From: Trypethelium eluteriae
Lineage: Eukaryota
Assembly (NCBI GenBank): GCA_051942245.1
Contig: JAVECL010000048.1
Span: 1 to 64,000 of the forward strand
Direction of reading: 5' to 3'
DNA length: 64,000 nucleotides
Shown here: positions 60,600-64,000 of the stretch, one piece after another
Numbering within the stretch: the first letter of the stretch is position 1
Layout: every line of letters starts with the position of its first letter
Notes under the pieces: model-generated
Told to the model about the DNA's origin: nothing
Database searches by the model: none
Seen by the model: only the letters and a program-made list of their open reading frames with translations
Position numbers and translations under genes: made by a program

Positions 60600-61027
60600 A
60601 TGACTGCTGCATCCTCAACGTTACGTCATGACGTGATTCGAATCTACAAAGGTTGTCCGAGCTCTACCTGGACTCGCAGATACTGTTAGCTTATGCTGAA
60701 GCTCTCTGAACCCAGAACTCTTGTACCTCGGGCGTGAATATCCATTGGGATATGATTATTTCCGTCTGCGATTGCACAAAGCCTTTGCCAGTCAAGCTGG
60801 CCTTAGACATGAAGACAAGATCAAGGAGGCTATTGGCAGAGCGCAATACGTTAAGAAGGGTATGTCTTGCAACGGTCAGCCGAAATTGAAGCTTATAGAA
60901 TGCGATTCTTCCAGAAATCGAAGCATTGTGGGTAGCTTGATCAATTCAAGCAGGGTATCATACTAACAGCACTAGATACTACTTGAAACGATATCGAACG
61001 TTAAAGCAACGATATGGACAGACATGA
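60600..61027 (+). CDS. LYR-motif protein (LYRM5/ETFRF1-like)
   Basis: [34 protein letters not shown]...[27 protein letters not shown]; 3 introns. Confidence 0.88.
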
Positions 61028-61057
61028 CGTAGATTTCTAGTCTATCAGTCCCGAGGT

Positions 61058-62209
61058 CTACACCTTCCGCGCCCACCAAGCTCCCGCCTCAAGACATTCG
61101 CCAGTCGCAGCACCATTCTGCTCCGACAGACTAGACATCATACCAGCCCACCAACGTTGCCACTCGTCCTCAGACTTCCCACTGACGTCTCTGAGCAAGG
61201 GCTCCAGTGCTTCGATCATCTGTACCACGGTCAATAAACAGGAAGATCTAAGGGCGATTTGATCAGGATCAAGTGCCCGTCTTCCGTATAGGGATGTCTC
61301 CGAGGCACTATCACCTTCGTTGGAGGTCTCGTCTTCAGTCACATCATGCTCCCAGCGCATCTCAGCCAGTGGAATAGCCACTCGTCGATACCCAAAGTCG
61401 GAGAGTGTCTCTGATTCCTGCAATAGAACCTGAGCAAGAATTGCGCATGGTGCAGACAAGAGCTTCCGCCGATCGAGCGCTTCGTGTATCCAGGCATTGT
61501 AGTCCTGAAGATAGGGGTTCTGAGCCTTAGCAAATGGCGTTCCAGGGCCCATCAGAAAAGCCCCATTCGACTTAGCGCTGTCTCTTTCGTCTGCAATTTT
61601 GGATGATGGTGGATGTGGCAGAAGACTTCTGACCGTGTAATCCGTCTCCCAGATCTCCAGAAAGCCGCCATGCTTCAGTATCCTCTCGCACTCGTCCAGG
61701 AGGCGTTGGGATTGTCCACCCTGAAATAGGACTAGACTAATATCCTTCATCATTACAAAATCGAATTCGTCATCTTCAAATGGTAGTGGCACACTCCGAA
61801 GGTCGTGCTGGATGAAGCGCCAATTCAATCCAAGTTTATCCAGCTCCGGCGCAACTCGAATGACATCCAGTCCAGTGAACCAGACATCGGAGACGCCCTG
61901 GGATAAGAAATAGTCATGACATAACGAGCTCCAATATCCAGTACCGCAACCTAACTCCAGAACTTTCTTTGGTGGCGAAGCCGACGGCCAGGGCGAGCAA
62001 ACAGGTCTTCCGAGCACTGTAGCGCGAATGCGAGTCGAAAGGTTTTGACGCTGCCACTCGGACAAATCGCAAGGTAGCGGATAGGGTGAATCGCGAAGAT
62101 ACTGGCGGGCGTTGCGCACGACGAACGACGGTGCAGCGTCAAGTGACCTGGCGTAGGAGATGGTGCTAGAATCCGAACTCGAAGCTATTGTGGTGCCTTT
62201 GGTGTTCAT
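61058..62209 (-). CDS. Class I SAM-dependent methyltransferase
   Basis: PYPLPCDLSE, KVLELGCGTGYWS, FTGLDV, QHDLRSVPLPFEDDEFDFV, RILKHGGFLEIWE, GECLEAGAWW. Confidence 0.85.
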   Translation of the reverse strand: MNTKGTTIASSSDSSTISYARSLDAAPSFVVRNARQYLRDSPYPLPCDLSEWQRQNLSTRIRATVLGRPVCSPWPSASPPKKVLELGCGTGYWSSLCHDYFLSQGVSDVWFTGLDVIRVAPELDKLGLNWRFIQHDLRSVPLPFEDDEFDFVMMKDISLVLFQGGQSQRLLDECERILKHGGFLEIWETDYTVRSLLPHPPSSKIADERDSAKSNGAFLMGPGTPFAKAQNPYLQDYNAWIHEALDRRKLLSAPCAILAQVLLQESETLSDFGYRRVAIPLAEMRWEHDVTEDETSNEGDSASETSLYGRRALDPDQIALRSSCLLTVVQMIEALEPLLRDVSGKSEDEWQRWWAGMMSSLSEQNGAATGECLEAGAWWARKV

Positions 62210-63419
62210 GCCTCCGCCTCTATTGGCATTGCTGCGATCTGGCCAAGGAGGAACGTAGGAGTCTTAGCCTGCAAGATTTTCCTTGTCTTAACCCCTGTTA
62301 CAGGCTGGTGAGACTGGTGAGACGACCAAGACTTGTCCAAGAGATTACTTAATCAAATGACTACAGCCATGGGTAGCACACTTGATGCAATTTTCCCTTC
62401 AAGTGTTACTCCAGAATGATGCTCCACTCGAGGCGGGCGGGTGAGCGTTGAAGGTTTGACTGGATGCTCCATCCGAGGTCTAGGTTTAAAGGTATATGGA
62501 ACCGGTAACGGACCTTTGTTCCCAGGTTTCTTGCGTACTTACTGTGGTCATGAGATGCACTAAGTCTCGGGCCTTGGATTCGACATTCTGATAGATAATA
62601 TGGCACGTACTGTATTTGGATTCTTTCGATTCTTGGGGAGTATGGTTCATAATATGATGGCAAGGCAAGCTGTCCTAGCAGGCGATTGTCCCCGAAGATG
62701 GTGTGAAGGAGGTCCGAGCTCAAGAACCTTAATGATCACCCTCGTAGTTATTGTTTACTTGCGCCTCTTGCTTGAACACCTTAGATATTATGCCTTCATT
62801 CTTTTTCTAGTACATCATCCGCCACAGAATGCGAGTAATAGGAAATCCTTCCGTATGAAGAACTAGTCGCCAGTCCCCAACAATGTACGCTCAGTTGGGT
62901 TAGACCGGGGAGCTGTCTCTGAGCACGTGATCATCGCAAACGCCAGCCCACACCTCCTCGTCTCTACGTACCACGAAGCCGACGTCTTCGATAATTCGAC
63001 GGTTCTCACTCCTGGCCAGTCACCGAAATACTTCGGAGTGTCCTTCTCTTCCCTTCAAACTTCCAGTCTGTGTCCTACCGAATTGTCTCGTGGGCAACAA
63101 AAGCTGTGCGACAATCATAGACTCTGCGGCACTCGCTCTTCAACCCTTTCTCCCTCCATCCAGTAAACCGCGCTGGGCCACAACAACAACACCGCTCCTG
63201 TTACACACTTCACATGTCCATTGAGGATGAACTGAGCTTTCTCAATATGTGCAGGCGTTTCACGACGGCTCAGCTCGAAACAGATATCTATTGCGCGTGG
63301 AAACCTCAAAAGCATATTCAAACTCGAAGAGGCAATCTGTTGGACATTGATCCAGGGAGGGAACAATTTGAAGACCTGCTGTTCGTGGCCGGCCTGCGCC
63401 GGCCTCATATCTGGTCAGG

Positions 63420-64000
63420 ATGTTCAACCAAGGCCACCAAGGAGGGCACAACTTCTTAATGAATGGCGGACCCAATCATCCACGATACAACGTTCATATG
63501 GGCTTAGGAAAACAATTTCAGCAACATAACCAACAACATCAAAATCACCAATCTCATCATCCACAACCTGATCACGGCCCTCATAATGTTCACGCTGCGA
63601 ACTTCCAAAACCACCAGCACTCTCTATCCGGCGGCCTCACACCCCAATATCAGCATAATCACGGACAGAACGGTACACCTCATAATGCGCATAGCGCTCT
63701 GGCAAATGCACCCAACGAGCACTGGAAGTGGCAACTGCAAGCTTATCAAGCCGCTTTGGAAGCCCGAACCCCTCATCATCACGCGCGTAACACTGCACAT
63801 GCCAAACACGCAGTGCTAGCAACCGTGACAAATGGGTCTAAGAAAGAAGCTGAGAAAGACGAGGCACAGAGGCCAACAGCCCGAGAAGTTATCCGGCAAG
63901 AATGGTTATCTATAGACTTTGGTGCGCAAGGCTTGAAAGCTATATCTCCCGCCATCTTCGAGTACACCTTCTTGGATAAGGTGTATTTCAATTTCAACAA
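63420..64000 (+). CDS. CCR4: Ccr4 deadenylase (CCR4-NOT subunit), 5' part; runs off window end, true start uncertain
   Basis: Open frame not in the ORF track: MFNQGHQGGHNFLMNGG, Q/H-rich tract, NEHWKWQLQ, PHHHAR, then LRR start RQEWLSIDFGAQGLKAISPAIFEYTFLDKVYFNFN. Confidence 0.85.
   Translation, partial: MFNQGHQGGHNFLMNGGPNHPRYNVHMGLGKQFQQHNQQHQNHQSHHPQPDHGPHNVHAANFQNHQHSLSGGLTPQYQHNHGQNGTPHNAHSALANAPNEHWKWQLQAYQAALEARTPHHHARNTAHAKHAVLATVTNGSKKEAEKDEAQRPTAREVIRQEWLSIDFGAQGLKAISPAIFEYTFLDKVYFNFN

Noticed and set aside
1220..64000. Apparent clustering of RNA-metabolism genes (Argonaute, Rna14, Utp6, nucleoporin, Mtq2, Ccr4)
   Set aside because: They are interspersed with unrelated genes over 60 kb, as expected by chance in a housekeeping region.
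63779..64000. Minus-strand ORF at the window end
   Set aside because: Antisense to the clearly recognisable Ccr4 frame.

Overview
Eukaryotic, intron-containing DNA from a filamentous ascomycete (Pezizomycotina), judged from short GT-AG introns with CTRAY-type branch points and fungal gene families. The window is mostly gene-dense and housekeeping. In order: FluG/glutamine-synthetase-like 3' end, QDE-2-like Argonaute, Rna14, UNC-50/Gmh1, mitochondrial IF2, LETM1-like protein, metacaspase, a small Cys-rich protein, a BTB-like protein, Utp6, an Amo1/Nup42-like CCCH-FG nucleoporin, a secreted SMP-30 lactonase, a Nudix hydrolase, two orphan chromodomain genes, a SEL1 chitin-synthase activator, a small CaaX protein, Acn9/Sdh7, an SDR, Mtq2, GH62 arabinofuranosidase, AcrB, a hotdog thioesterase, a LYR protein, a SAM methyltransferase and the 5' part of Ccr4 (missed by the ORF track). 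Most notable observations: (1) the thioesterase motif WGEMDSMGHVNN can only be rebuilt with a 9-nt exon followed by a single-nucleotide exon (G59890); (2) a 251-bp MITE-like element with perfect 45-bp terminal inverted repeats and a 5-bp target duplication; (3) a tandem pair of intronless genes with retrotransposon-like C-terminal chromodomains in a ~6.5-kb accessory island; (4) a 116-aa PPxY protein with 13 consecutive Cys spaced three residues apart; (5) a CCHC zinc knuckle in the N-terminal extension of mitochondrial IF2. All gene calls come from motif recognition by eye and all splice models are manual; no searches were run.
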